This document shows positions 37,650 to 51,122 of a stretch of DNA of 64,000 bases, piece by piece. Within the stretch, counting starts at the first letter, position 1. Each line of letters begins with the position of its first letter. The notes below the pieces were generated by a model, which made no database searches, had not been told where the DNA came from, and was given only the letters and a program-made list of their open reading frames with translations. Where the stretch lies: assembly GCA_024679065.1 (NCBI GenBank), contig JAGIQG010000001.1, positions 109,430,001-109,494,000 on the forward strand, in the 5' to 3' direction. Origin of the DNA: Sphyrna mokarran (taxonomy: Eukaryota). A program made the position numbers and the translations under genes.

Positions 37650-39020
37650 GTGTTCCATCTGCCAACTGTCGATACACCAAACAGATATTGTCAGTGAGCA
37701 CTGGACACCCCAATGTAGCAATGATTGTCACAATGGGGATAAGTTATTGTTGGGGATGTGAAAGGATAAATGGACCAATGCCTTCCATTGTCTTTCAACA
37801 ACAATGAATGAAGCAAGGAGAAAAATGACCAAGGAGGAAATTTGCTGCAATTGAACAACACAGAATGCCCACATATCACTGCACTGTCTCAACCAGTCTT
37901 AAAGAATGGGAAGATGAAAGATCCCAGCAAAGGATCTGAAGTTGAAACAAAGAAAAGCCAAGTCTCCACAAATTGTTGACAACCTTTAAAACTCAATTGC
38001 CTTGGAGAATAGAGAATCTGGAACAGATTATTCAGTGTTGCCAAGAAGAGCCTGGAACATCACTACGAATGGAAAACACTGAAGGTGTGAGGCACGACAG
38101 GGTGCTGGATTGGTTGATGATGGCAGCTTATCCAGTGGTGGAGTCTCCTGCTGCAATTCTGAATTCCTCTGAGGTTGAAGGCCGAGTAGAAAAGGATGAG
38201 ATCAGTCTGGATGACAGTGCCAATAGAATAGAAACATCCACTGGGGAAGTCCAGTCCATTCACAGAAACTAGATGTAATGGAGGAAAGCAATTTGCTGAT
38301 GACTCTCTTTGAAGCAGTGTCAGTGCACAGTGAGATCCCAAATAGGGATAATGATTATTTTCCCAATGACAATGAGATGGACATCATCAGTCTCAAAACC
38401 AACTTGGACACAGAGAGCTCCATCAGACCTGCATGGACGTGGGACTCAAGTAACTGTGAAAATGAGCAGAGATTTGAAATGGAGGCACTCACAATAGAGA
38501 GTGAAATCATAAAGAGTACACATGGATGTTTCCCCGACAATACCAATTGAAACAAACTTGGACACAGAGCTTCAATCCATCAGACCTTTTTGGACGCAGG
38601 ACTTGAGTAACTGTGAGAATGAGCAGAGATTTGAAATGGAGGCACTTACAATGGAGAGTGACATCACAAAGAGTACACATGGACATTTCCCCAAAGACAC
38701 TGATTGAAACAGCATCAATCTCAAAACTGACTCGGACACAGACAGCAGTGATTCCATCTGGATTTCACTGAGGTCTGACATATGTCACGGTGAGAATGAG
38801 CAGATATTCACTGTTACTCCATCAGCAAAGAATCCATTTCTGAAGCAATCTTGGATGGATACTAGATCATTTCAACAAAGAGAACGAGAACAGTGGAACA
38901 GACAGGTCCCTGCAGGCACCATCAGTTCCTCAAGTGCTCCACTGTGTGGTTCAAGAGCTGGAAGTCAGGAATACAAGCCCAACTACACAGATGGCTGGGA
39001 AAATTCCCACCAGATCAAGC
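37650..39020 (+). pseudogene. Decayed acidic ORF, copy C (with internal ~160-bp duplication)
   Basis: Fragments 37973-38272, 38278-38550, 38522-38707 and 38855-39127; the NCENEQRFEMEALT block is present twice. Confidence 0.6.
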
Positions 39021-40504
39021 AGACATGGGCCCAACGGAAAAAACAAAAAATGCAACAGAAGGAAGTTAACAATAAACTTTTCTTTGACTGTTTTTCCTTT
39101 ATTCTTAAGTCTCTTGTTTTTGTGTAATTGTCAAAGAGGTTTCGCTTTAAAACATACAAATATTTTGTGATGCCAGGGAATGTAACAAAGAACAGTGTCC
39201 AGTTAATTTAAAGCACTGCCAGGCTACCCACCTTGGGTATAAAATGGATGTGAACACTAATATCTGGCACTGGTGGAGCTAGTTGTAACTGATGCTGTGC
39301 ATCCCGCATTTCTGAGTCCTATGATAAGCCCATTCGAAGGCAGGACACATTAGCTTCTCTGCCATGCTGGAAAAAGACACATCGCTGAGATTGAGAGGAG
39401 CATCGCTCTATAGTCAATGCAAGTCATTATCATTCTCCTGCAGAGACTACTCAATAGCATGGGAGCATTACTGCTGGCATCACATTACAGATGAGAAGTT
39501 AGTTCGTTCCCTAGTCCTGCTTAGTCCCAAAACCAGGCACTATGAGTACATCCTAAGTATATTGGCCCAGCTGGCCCCTGTCCATTTCTGAGGTTTATCT
39601 GCTACCTTCTCTGCATAGTCACCCTCACCACTCTGCACAACATCCTCCACATCCGCGGTGATGTGGTGCTCCTCCATTTCCTCTAGGACCCCTCGTTGTC
39701 CTAAGATGTGGACAGCACAGCACACTGCAGGAAACTTTCTGGGGTATATTGTAGGGCATCCCCTAACTGGTCAAGGCACCTGACCCAAATTTCCAGTAGG
39801 TCAATCCCCTGCTTGACCAGCACGTCTTTTTCAGCTGTGTGTAATGACAAACCTGCTAATGTATTAAAATGGGCCTCCCAGGGCCCACTGTGTTTCCCAC
39901 ACCTCCACTGGCGAGGTGGCTGCAAGATCGGAATTTGGTAATTCGTTAGCGCGAACCGTGCTTTGGTGCCATCATGTCTCAATGTAGGAGGAACATATGA
40001 CAAGAAAGCTCTTCAATGAAATTCAAATTCTTCTTTGCTTTCCTCTTTCCTTGAGAAAAGACCTCCCATCCCAGCTTGTTCAGTCTTTCCTCATCATCAT
40101 AATTCTTGATGTCAGAACTGAGGGATTATCTCATTTTCCATCTCATTGTTTCCATCCTCCTTCACTTACAACTCTGCACCACAACAGACTCTGAATGATG
40201 TATCTCATTGGCTGCAATCTGCATCGTACTGAGATGGTGATGGGTCCTATGGAAATGAAACTCCTTTGTCTTTTCTCTTCTGTGCTGTCTTAACACAGAG
40301 TCTCTGTTGTCTTTGTTTCCTGATTTGTGTCTGTAAACTGGGGAATTTTGAAAGTTGATGACATCACACTCTCGGTTATGAAGCTATTGTTACATAGTCC
40401 TGTGTCGTCACAGTACCCACCATGTTTGTGACATCATCCTGCTTACCATTTCCATAATTTCCAAGTTTAAATGCTGCTAACAGAATGTTTACCACTGATC
40501 TGCT

Positions 40505-42120
40505 GGTGTTCCATCTGCCAACTGTTGATACACCAAACAGATATTGTCAGTGAGCACTGGACACCCCAATGTCAGCAATGATCATCACAACGTGGATAAG
40601 TTATTGTTGGGGATATGAAAGGATAAATGGACCAACGCCTTCCATTCTCATCTCAACAACATGAATGAAGCAGAAATGCTAATATTTAAAGAAAATGACC
40701 AAGGAGGAAATTTGCTACAATTGAACAACACAGAATACTCAGATATCACTGCACCGCCTTAACCAGCCCTAAAGAGTGGGAAGATGGAAGATCACACCAA
40801 AGAATCTGAACTTGAAACAAAAAGGAGCCAAATCTCCACAACTTGTTGACAACCTTTAAAACTCAACTGTCTTGGAGGATGGAGAATCTGGAACAGATCA
40901 TTCAGTGTTGCCAAGAAGAGCCTGGAACATTACCATGACTGGAAAACACTGAAAGTGTGAGGCATGACAGGGTGTGGGATTGGTTGACGATGGCAGCTCA
41001 ACCAGTGCTGAAGTCTCCTGCTGCAATTCTGAGTCCTTCTGATGTTGAAGGCCGATTAGAAATGGATGAGATCAGTCTGGATGGCAGAGCTGATGGGATA
41101 GAAACATCCACTGGGGAAGTCCAGTCCATTCACAGAAACCAAACGTAGTCGAAGAAAGCAATTCACTGATTACTTTCTTTGAAGCAGTCTCAGTGCACAG
41201 CGAATTCCCAAATAGCGACTATGAATATTTCTCCAATGACAATGAAATGGACATCACTGATCTCAAAACCAACTTGGATACAGAGAGCTTCAAATCTATC
41301 AGACCTCGGGACTCGAGTAACTATGAGAATGAGCAGAGATTTGAAATGGAGGCACTCACAATGGAGAGTGACATCATAAAGAGTACACATGGATGTTGCC
41401 CCGACGACACAGATTGGAACAGCATTAATCTCAAAACTGACTCGGATACAGACAGCAACGATTCCATCTGGATTTCACTGAGGCCTGATACGTGTCACAG
41501 TGAGAATGAGCAGATATTCACCATCACTCCATAAGCAAAGAGACCATTTTTGAATCAATCAATGCAGCAACTTCAATCTTGGATGGATACTAGATCATCT
41601 CAGCAGAGAGAATGAGGACAGTGGAACAAACAGGTTCCTGCAACCAACTTAGACACTGAGAGCTTCAAATCCATCAGACCTCAGGACTTGAGTAACTGTG
41701 AGAATGAGCTGAGATTTGAAATGGAGGCACTCACAGTGGAGAGTGACATCACAAAGAATACACATGGACGTTTCCACAACGACAAAGATTGGAACAGCAT
41801 CAATCTCATACTGACTCAGACACAGACAATAGCGACTCCATCTGGATTTCACTAAGGATTGATACGTGTCACAGTGAGAATGAGCAGACATTCACCGTCA
41901 CTCCATTAGCAAAGAGACCGTTTTTGAAGCAATCAATGCAACAACTTCAATCTTGGATGGATACTAGATCATCTCAGCAGAGAGAACGAGGACAGTGGAC
42001 CAGACAGGTTCCTGCAGCCAACGTTACTTCCTCAAGCGCTCCACTGTGTGGTTCAAGAACTGGAAGTTAGGGATACAAGCCCAACTACACAGACAGCTGG
42101 GAAAATCCCTACCAGATCAA
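40505..42120 (+). pseudogene. Decayed acidic ORF, copy D (with internal ~370-bp duplication)
   Basis: Fragments 40957-41148, 41193-41534 and 41789-42070; ~41270-41645 is repeated at ~41645-42020. Confidence 0.6.
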
Positions 42121-43624
42121 TCTGACATGAGCCCAACAAGAAAGACAAAAAATTAACAAAGGAAGTTAACAATAAATTTTTCTTTGTTTTTCTTTTGTTT
42201 CTAAGTCTCTTGTTTTTGTGTAACTGTCATGATGTCTTGCTTTAAAACATACAAATATTTTGTAATGCCAGAGAATGTAACACAGAACAGTGTCCAGTTA
42301 ATTTAAGGCACTGCCAGGCAGTCCACCTCGGTTATAAGATGGATGTGAACATGAGTACCCGGCATTGGTGGTGCTAGTTGTAGCTAATGCTGTGCATCCC
42401 ACGTTTCTGAGCCCTATGATAAGCCCATTCAAAGGCAGGACATGTTAGCCTCTCTGCCATGCTGGAGTAAGACACATCACTGAGAATGAGAGAAGCATCG
42501 CTCTACAGTCAATGCAAGTCATTATCATTCTCCCGCAAAGATCATTCAACAGCATGAGAGCGTACTGCTGGCATTATGTTACTGATGAGATGTTAGTTCC
42601 CCTTCTGGGACAGCTCTTCATTCCCTAACCCTGCTTGGTCCCAAAGTGAGGTTTGGCCCAGCTGGCCCCTGTCCATTTTGAGGCTCTTCCGCTTCCTCCT
42701 CTGTGTAGTCACCCTCATCAACCTGCACAACATCCTCCACATCCGTGGTAATGTGATACTTCTCCAGCTCCCCCAGGACCATGTGATCACCCCTCGTTGT
42801 CCTATGTTGTGGTCAGCACAGCAGGCTGTAATAATGTAGGAAACCTCCAGGGTACATTGTAGAGCACCCCCTAACTGGTCAAGGCACCTGACCCAAATTT
42901 CCAGCAGATCAATACCCTGCTCGACTGTTGCCACTGTGTGTGATGATAGACCTGCTAATGTATTAAAATGACCTTCCTAGGGCCCACTGTGTTTCCCACA
43001 CCTCCACTGACGAGGTGGCTGGAAGATCGGAATTTGGTAATTCGCTCGCACGAATCGTGCTTTGGTGACATCATTTACCAATGTAGGAGGAACATATGAT
43101 AGGAAAGCTCTTCAATGAAATTCTAATTCTTCTTTGCTTTCCTCTTTCCTTGGGAACATAGCTCCCATCCCAACTTGTTCAGTCTTTCCTCATCATCATA
43201 ACTCTTGATGTCAGAATTAAGAGATTATCTCATTTTCCATTTCATTGTTTTCATTTTCCTTCACTCACAACCTTGTATCACAACAAACTCTGAATGATGT
43301 ATTTTGTTGGCTGCAATCTGCAATGTATTGAGATGGTGATGGGTCTTAAAAATAAAATAAAAAATAAAATAAAATCCTTTGTTTTTTCTCTTCTGTGCTG
43401 TCTTAACAGAGTCCCCGTTGTCTTCACTCTTTGGTCTTTGTTTCCTGATTTGCGTTTGTAAATTGGGGAATTCTGGAAGTTGATGACATCACACTCTCGG
43501 GTATGAAGCTATTGTTACATAGTCCTGTGCTGTCATGGTATCCATCACGTTTGTGACATCATCCTGCTTATCTGTTCCCATAGTTACCAAGTTTAAATGC
43601 TGCTAACAGAATGTTTATCACTGA

Positions 43625-44860
43625 TCTGGTGTTCCATCTGCCAACTGTTGATACACCAAACATATACTGTCAGTGAGCACTGGACACCCAATGTCAGCAA
43701 TGATCGTCACAACGTGGATAAGTTATTGTTGGAGGTATGAAAGGATAAATGGACCAATGCTTTCCATTGTCTTCTCAACAACAGTGAATGAAGCAGAAAT
43801 GCCAATATTTAAAGAAAATGACCAAGGAGGAAATTTGCTGCAATTGAACAACACAGAATCCTCAGGTATCACTGCGCCACCTCAACCAGTCCTAAAGAAT
43901 GGGAAGATGATAGATTTCACCAAAGAATCTGAAGTTGACATAAAGAGGAGCCGAGTCTCCACAACTTGTTGACAGCCTTGAAAACTCAATTGTTTTGGAG
44001 GATGGAGAACTTGGAACAGGTCAGTGTTGCCAAGAAGAGCCTAAAACATCACCACGACTGAAAAACACTGAAGGTGTGAGGCACGACAGAATGCTGGATT
44101 GGTTGACAATGGCAGCTTAACCAGTGGTGGAGTCTCCTGCTGCAATTCTGAGTCCTTCTGATGTTGAAGGCCAATTAGAAATGGATGAGATCAGTCTGGA
44201 TGGCAATGCTGATGGGATAGAAACATCCACTGTGAAAATCCAGTCCATTCACAGAAACCAAATGTAATGAAAGAAAGCAATTCGCTGATGACTCTCTTTG
44301 AAGCAGTCTCAGTGCACAGTGAGATCCCAAATAGCAATCATGAATATTTCCTCAACGACAATTAAATGGACATCATGGATCTCAAAACCAACTTGGACAG
44401 AGAAAGCTTCAAATCTATCAGACCTTTTTGGATGCAGGACTCGAGTAACTGTGAGAATGAGCAGAGGTTTGAAATGGAGGCACTCACAATGGAGAACGAC
44501 ATCACAAAGAGTACACATGGACATTTCCCCGATGACACAGATTGGAACAGCATCAATCTCAAAACTGACTTGAACACAGACAGCAACGATTCCATCTGGA
44601 TTTCACTTAGGCCTGATATGTGTCACAGTGAGAATGAGCAGATATTCACCATCACTCTACCAGCAAAGAGATCAGTTTTGAAGCAATCAATGCAGCAACT
44701 CCGATCTTGTTTGGGCACTGGATCATCTCAGCAGAGAGAACAGGGACAGTGGGCCAGGTCCCTGCAGCCACCTCAAGCACCCTGCTGCGTGGTTCAAGAA
44801 CTGGCAGTCCGGATACAAGCCAAGCTACACAGACTGCTGGGAAAATCTCCACCAGATTAA
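43625..44860 (+). pseudogene. Decayed acidic ORF, copy E (longest open stretch, 164 aa)
   Basis: Fragments 43673-43972 and 44366-44860, the latter ending IQAKLHRLLGKSPPD*. Confidence 0.6.
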
Positions 44861-45224
44861 GCAGATACTGGCCCAGACCTGAAAGGCTAAAACCCAACAG
44901 AGGGAAGTTAACATTAAACTTTACTTTTAACGTTTTTCTTTTTTCTTAGAAGTCTATTCTGTTTGTATAATTATTATAGAGATTTCCCTATGAAACATAC
45001 AAATACTTAGCGCCACCAGAGAATGAACAGAACAATGCCCAGTTAATTTAAGTATTGCCAGGCTGCCCACCTGGGCTTTAAGATGCATGTGAACACCAGG
45101 ACCCCTGACTTGAGTGCAGTCTGTTATAGCTGATGTTGTGCATTCTGCATTTATGAACCCTCTGATCAGCTCATTCAATAAAAGGACACATTATACGGTC
45201 TTTCAGGCTGTAGACAGTTACCTC

Positions 45225-46454
45225 AGCACTTCACCGCAAGCTCATGTTTATCCTCACAATGCACCACCCTAAACACATTAAAGAAGCCATCCCCTACGGA
45301 CAAGCCTTCCGTATATACAAAATCTGCTCAGATGAAGAGGATCACAAAAGACACCTCCAGGCGCTGAAAGATGAACTCATAAGAACAGGATATGGTGCTC
45401 AACTCATTGATCGACAATTCCGATGCGCCATAGTGAAAAATTGCACCGACCTTTCCGGAAGACAAACATGGAGTACTCTGTCCAACTGGGGAAGTACTTC
45501 GTCGTCCAGTACTTCCCCAGAGCGGAGAAACTACGACAAGTTCTCCAGAGCCTTCAACATGTCATTGATGAAGACAAACATCTTGCCAAGGCCATCTCAC
45601 ACCCTCAATTCTTGCCTTCAAGCAACCAACAACCTCTAACAGACCACTGTCCACAGCAAGCTACCGAGCCTTCAGGAGAACAGTGACCATGACACCACAC
45701 GACCCTGCCACAGCAACCTGTGCAAGATGTACCAGATCATCGACACATATGCCATCATCTCACATGAGAACACCATCTATTAGGTACACGATACATACTC
45801 TTGCAACTCGACTAATGTTGTCTACCTGAATCGCTGCAGAAAAGGATGTCCTGAGGCATGGTACACTGGGGAGACCATGCAGATACTACGACAATGGATG
45901 AATAAACACAACTTGACAATCACCAGGTAAGAGTGTTCTCTTCCTGTTGGGGAACACTTCAGCTGTCATGGGGATTTGGTCTCTGATTTTTGGATAAGCA
46001 TTCTCTAAGGTTGTCTTTGCGACACATGACAATGCAGAGTCACTGAGCAGAGACTAATAGCAAAGTTCCACACACGAGGATGGCCTCAACTAGAATCTTG
46101 GGTTCATATCACACTATCTGTAACCCCTACTACTTGCCTGGGCTTGCAAAATCTCACTAACTGTCCTAACTGGAAATAATACACATCTCTTTAAACTGTG
46201 CTTAATGATGTCTCCAGTCACGTGGTCTGTACCTTTAAGACTTGATTACCTGTAAAGACTTGCATTCCAACCATTATTTTATAAACTGAGTTTGTGTCTT
46301 TAATGTCTTATTTGAGAACAGAACTCCCATTTACCTGACGAAGGGTTAGTGGCTAGCGGCTTTTGCTACCAAATAAACCTGTTGGACTTTAACCTGATCT
46401 TGTAAGACTTCTTACTATGTTTACCCCAGTCCAACGCCAGCATCTCCACATCAT
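45225..46454 (+). mobile_element. 5'-truncated Penelope-like retroelement
   Basis: HHPKHIKEAIPYGQAFRIYKICSDE (post-RT domain), GIY-YIG region CNSTNVVYL.RCRKGCPEAWYTGET, terminus AAATAAACCTGTTGGACTTTAACCTG. Flanked by a diverged ~25-bp duplication TTTCAGGCTG.AG.CAG.TAC.TCA at ~45200 and ~46454. Confidence 0.93.
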
Positions 46455-46835
46455 TTCAGGCTGCAGTCAGATACATCACTGAGGATCTTCGCCTTGCCCT
46501 CAATGCAAGTCATTATCATTCTCTTGAAAGATCAATTTCCATGCTGTAAACCTCTATGACTCTAACAAGGGAGCAGACTGCTGGTACTATGTTACTGATG
46601 AGATATTAGTTTCTATGTTGGGAGTGCTCTTCATTCCCTAGTCCCGCTCTGCCCTCAATGCAAGTCATTACCATTCTCCCGCAGAGACCAATTTCCATGC
46701 TGTAAACCTCTATGACACTTCAATCTATCAGCATGGGAGCAGACTGCCAGCACCATGTTACTGATGAGATGTTAATTTCCATGTTGGGAGTGCTCTTCAC
46801 TCCCTAGTCCTGCTCAATCCCGAGTAAGACACTAT

Positions 46836-48239
46836 GGGTGGAATGTTATGGTCTTGCTTATCCCAAAACCGTGCAACTCCTGCATTTCAATCTGTGGCGC
46901 ATTTCGACCTCTTTGCAGGAGTTGCCCATCTTTTACCAGGACCTCCCTACTTTCTGGAACATATTTGCCTTGCAACGCAGCTCTACCCTGTCAGGAGAAG
47001 CGGCTCTCGTGTGAGAGCTGCTGCTCAAGAACCTGCTCCTCCAGCTATATAACTTCAGGTGGCTGGTGGAGAGGGGAGCTGTGGACACCGGGGTGATCAG
47101 GATCGGTGTTGGATGGTGGAGGAGCAGGCTGGATGAGTCCCTGTATGCTGGCTGAGCGTACGGTGGTATCCATCTGGTGCGCAGCTAAAGTCATCCAAGA
47201 CCTTAGGACGGTTGTGCTCGGCTCCGAAAGTGCACGCAGTCCTGAGGCAGTGCAGGCGTACGGTGGGATCCCGCCCAAGCGTTCCTTTGTTCAAACAGAA
47301 TTCCACATTGGCCCAATGCCTCAGCCCTTCTCCTCAGGTCATATGCCCCACAGCATGTGCCGCCTCATGGAAATGTCCTCTTTTTTTTCCACTGCGCAGA
47401 GGCATTTCTTGTATGGGCTTCCACGTTGCCTGTCGCCCGGATACACCTTGACAGATCTCGTTGCTGTCAGGTGGCAGAGGTCCCCAGTGGAGGTCCTTCT
47501 ATGGAGGGATCTTCCCCCGTTACTCTGGGGACCTGGAATGGAGAGTGATGCATGCAGCAGTTCCGCACAACCGTCGGATTCACAGGTTCACAGGCTCCAA
47601 AGTTTGCCCTTACTATGGTGTTGTGGAGTCCGTGGACCATGTCTATGTTTCATGTTTTAGGTTGCACTCCCTTTTTGTTTTTCTGAAGAACCTTTCATTA
47701 ATGGTTTGTTTGCACTTCAGTCCCATGCTCCTGATCTATGGACACCTGATACAGAGATGGGTAGGTTGGGATGGCGACCTCGTCGTGAACCTGGTCTTGG
47801 GCCAGGCAAAACATGCTATTTACCAGTCCAGGCAGTGGGCGATCGAGGGGGCCGTCTATCCGACTGTCTACTCCTCTACCACGGCTATGTTCGCAGCCAG
47901 TTATCCCTGGAGAGTAGGCATATAGTGTCCATGGGCACAGTTGATGCTTTTCATGCCCGTTGGACACCACAGGGTTGGCGTACATTATCGACCTAATAAT
48001 CACATTATCATTTGATGTTTTCAAGTTTCCTTTGTACTTTGGTTTTGTTTGGGCTGTTCCCTCTCCTTTTGGGGAGCTGTCCCTTTTACTTTGTCCTGAT
48101 TTAACTTGAGTTTATTTATTTGGTTTGATCTAAAAGTGGCCAAAACCGTAAAAGCACATCTGAGGTGAATGGGCCTTCCCTTTATCCACACCTTGCCCGC
48201 TCTGATTCCAGTGGTGGGCGAGATAGAAAACTTCCGGTC
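46836..48239. mobile_element. Harbinger-type MITE expanded by nested insertions
   Basis: 3-bp TSD TAT (46833-46835, 48240-48242). The empty site xACTATGAG is seen in sister units at ~36675 and ~39538. TIRs are imperfect. Confidence 0.7.
47060..48136 (+). mobile_element. Tx1-clade LINE 3' fragment
   Basis: RPDTP, PQWRSFYGG...GDLEWRVMHAAVPHN...CPYYGVVESVDHVYVSC (zf-RVT-like CCHC), NLVLGQAKHAIY; T-rich 3' UTR. Confidence 0.88.
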
Positions 48240-48242
48240 TAT

Positions 48243-49830
48243 GAGCCCATTCCTAGCACGTCGCCCCTGCTGGGCCTTGTCCATTGTCTGGGGTCTTTTC
48301 GTCTCTTCCTCTAAATGGTTAGTTTCACAACCTTCCACAACATCCTCCATATGTGAGGAAATGTGGTGCTTCTCCAGATCCTGGTGGTCTCTCCTTTGCA
48401 GCACCAAGTTGTGGAGAGCACAGCAAACTGAATGATGCAGGAGCTGCTATGGGGGTAAATTGTCAGGCATCTCCTGATGATTAAGGCACCTGACCTGCAA
48501 TTCCAGCAGGCCAATCACCTGCTCAACCAGCACACCCATTGGAGTGTAAGCTTCACTGGATCAAGTTTCTGCTGGTGTTTGTGATCTCCACACTGGTGTC
48601 ATCAGCCACCTCCTGAGTGTGTACCTCCTGTCACCAAGGAGCAATCCCTTCAACCGCCGCTTTCCCTCAAAGACAGTTGGGATCTGAGAGTACCCCAAGA
48701 TGTAGCTATCATGGATGTTCTCCAGGAAATGTGCACAAATTAACATGAAGCACATCGTGTGGTTACAGATGAGCTGCACATTGAATGGAGCCATATGTCC
48801 CCCTTTATCATTCAGAGCCACATGGGTGCAGTCAGTCAACTTTGCAACTGGGGCAAGTGTGCTCAAGTAGCGAAGTCCATTGCCCGGTGCCTTGTCTCAT
48901 CTGATTCTGGTCCAAGTTTATATACATGTGAACCCCAACATAAAGGGCATCTCTGACCTCCCGGATGCATTTATGGCTAACTGGGAGATACCACACAGGT
49001 TGCTCTTGTAGAGCCAGTATAAGTTAAAGGGCAGTTTAAGAGCAGTTAATGTCCTCTCATTGAATGTGTCTGGCAGAAGTGATCCACCATCCCTCGAGAC
49101 AGTTAAGTCTTCTAGGGCATCTCAGGTACAAAGACTAATATCAGAATCCTCTCAGTCAGACCCTCTTTCTCTTCTCCCTGCCAGCAACAGACCCAGTTTC
49201 TCCCTGCTCCGTAGGGCACTGGTTCTGGCTTGTGCCAGGGCATGGCAGTGTTGCAGCCTCTGCAATATGACAACAGGGAGGATAGTCAACTTTAGAGGCT
49301 CCATGATTGTTCAGACCATGCACTGTAAGTGGAGAAGAGAAAAACGACAGTGAGCTCCTCCCTCAATTTGTTTGGGACTACCATCCAATGGCAACAGTCA
49401 GTAGATGCCTCAGTGCAAATGCTCATGCCCTCCACTAGGACACTAAAGACACAATTCCAGTTTGCTGCTTGTCAATTCCAGCAGGATGCAGCACATGGAC
49501 CCTCCAGGTTTTTAGTGGCACCAGATGCCCACATTTCCCCAGTTCATAAACCCCCGCATACAAAACTGGTGTCATGTAAGAGGGCAGACAAGTGGCTACA
49601 TATGACCAAGGTTTGCTTTCTGAAGGGGGATTTTGCCAATGCACCCCATCATAACATTGGATGGGGTGCATGATGATAGATATGCTCATGTATTAAAATG
49701 AGCTTCTGTGGGGCTGCCATATTTTGTGCACCTTACCAGTGAAGTCGCTGGAAGATCAGAGCTCGGAAACTCACTGGCATGAATCGGACTTTCGAAGTCT
49801 GTCTGGATTTTGATCACACTACCATTCCTG
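48243..49830 (-). mobile_element. Decayed Harbinger transposase gene and right arm
   Basis: ORF 48561-48866 DCTHVAL...NVQLICNH...HDSYIL...LLGDRRY.L..WLMTP is the HARBI1-like DDE core, followed by RCL...AVLSTTW and the subterminal block TGTATTAAAATG...GAAGATC at ~49690-49800. Confidence 0.9.
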
Positions 49831-49849
49831 CAGATGGAGAATGCAGGCT

Positions 49850-50310
49850 CAGTATTGTCTTCCTTATGATGTCAATGTATTGGAAGTAGTTCAGAGAAAG
49901 TTCACTTGACTAACACTTGGCTTATGTGGATTATCTGATGAGGAAAGTTAGAACAGGCCAGCTTGCATCTGCTGAAGTTTCAAAAAGGTGTTTTCGCAGG
50001 GGTGTTGTGGAAAGTATGTTTTCTCTTGTGGGAGAATCTAGAAATAAATGTCACTGTTAAACGATAAGGAGTTGTCCATTTAAGGCAGAATAATAAGAAT
50101 AATTTTCTCTCAGAAAGTGGTGTCTATGTGGAACTCTTGCCTTCAGAAGGCAGTGGAAGCAGAGCCATTCAATATATTTAAGGAAGAACCAGGAGTGTAA
50201 ATGAAATGTGGAGTTGAGATTACGATCTGATCTTGGTGAATGGCAGAAGTGGCTGGAGGAGCCGAATGATGTTCTGCTGATCCTGACTCATGTGTTCATA
50301 TGTTTGTATG
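49850..50310 (+). mobile_element. Decayed CR1 3' fragment
   Basis: LEVVQRKFT and NFLSQKVVSMWNS motifs, with tail GTTCATATGTTTGTATG. Confidence 0.8.
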
Positions 50311-51122
50311 ATTTTCAGCTGCTGGTAATCTGTGCACTGTTTCCTCTCCCTCCTTTCCTCAGTAAGAGTCTATCATTTACCAACTTCCAATCTAATAGGC
50401 CTGTTCCTGAATCTCAGCAATTTTGGAAAATTATAACTCATACATGCAGGTAACTTATCATATCACGTGCAGGCAGCCAATCGAATAGCTCTTCTCATAA
50501 TTGTAAAGCTGACCTAGTTTCTTAACAGCCTCCTCTTTCATTATGGCTTTGTCAGCATCTCCTTCCTTGTGATGCAAAGCACCATTTGGTAAAACACCCA
50601 GTTTTCCTACCAATACTTTGTTTCAATTAATCCAGGATAGATTTGTTCTCAACCCCACAAAACTGGCCTGTTCCTATTAAATGTTTTCATTTTGGACTGT
50701 TTCTTCTTCCTTTCCAGCGATTATTTAACTTGGATATGTTCTTATTTTGAGTGTTCTGTAATTGATGCGAAGAGTAGCAGCAAGGAGTAAAAGAGCAGCG
50801 ACAACAGCTCTGCATCGGATAGAACAGGACCCACCATCATTTGCTGTGAGTAATAAGCCAGAGAATGCACTCGGCTGCTTCACCTTCAGCACTCATGGAG
50901 GAAGATCTCCTGACGAATTGGCTTTGCAACCACCAAATGAAGAAGCTGCAGCTAAATGGATTGTGTGTCCATCCTCTCCCATAAATAGAAGAAAGCCAAA
51001 CAAATGTTCCCGAACTGATATTATTAAACTATCTGAATAGAAACAATTTTAAGAGCTGAAACAAAATGTTCACCAGCTGTCCACCAATCAACTTCTTTCA
51101 TAGTGGTTGTATCACCATAAGT

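Larger units (their letters stand above)
34189..46835. repeat. Tandem array of ~2.7-3.1 kb composite units (one partial plus four copies)
   Basis: The landmark GATAAATGGACCAA recurs at 35031, 37765, 40622 and 43744 (and 56457). ORF-track peptides (NCENEQRFEMEALTMESDI, DRVLDWL) recur in each copy. The first copy abuts the LTR at 34188. Confidence 0.95.

Noticed and set aside
46493-46815. ~155-bp tandem duplication as a separate element
   Set aside because: It is a local duplication of the unit's spacer segment found singly in sister units.
34189-46835. CRISPR-like or other prokaryotic defence array
   Set aside because: The units are kilobase-scale diverged duplications with no constant short repeat and unique spacers, there are no cas genes, and the context is vertebrate.
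48561-48866. Domesticated HARBI1 gene
   Set aside because: The surrounding sequence has frameshifts, stops and deletions, so it is a decayed transposon copy.
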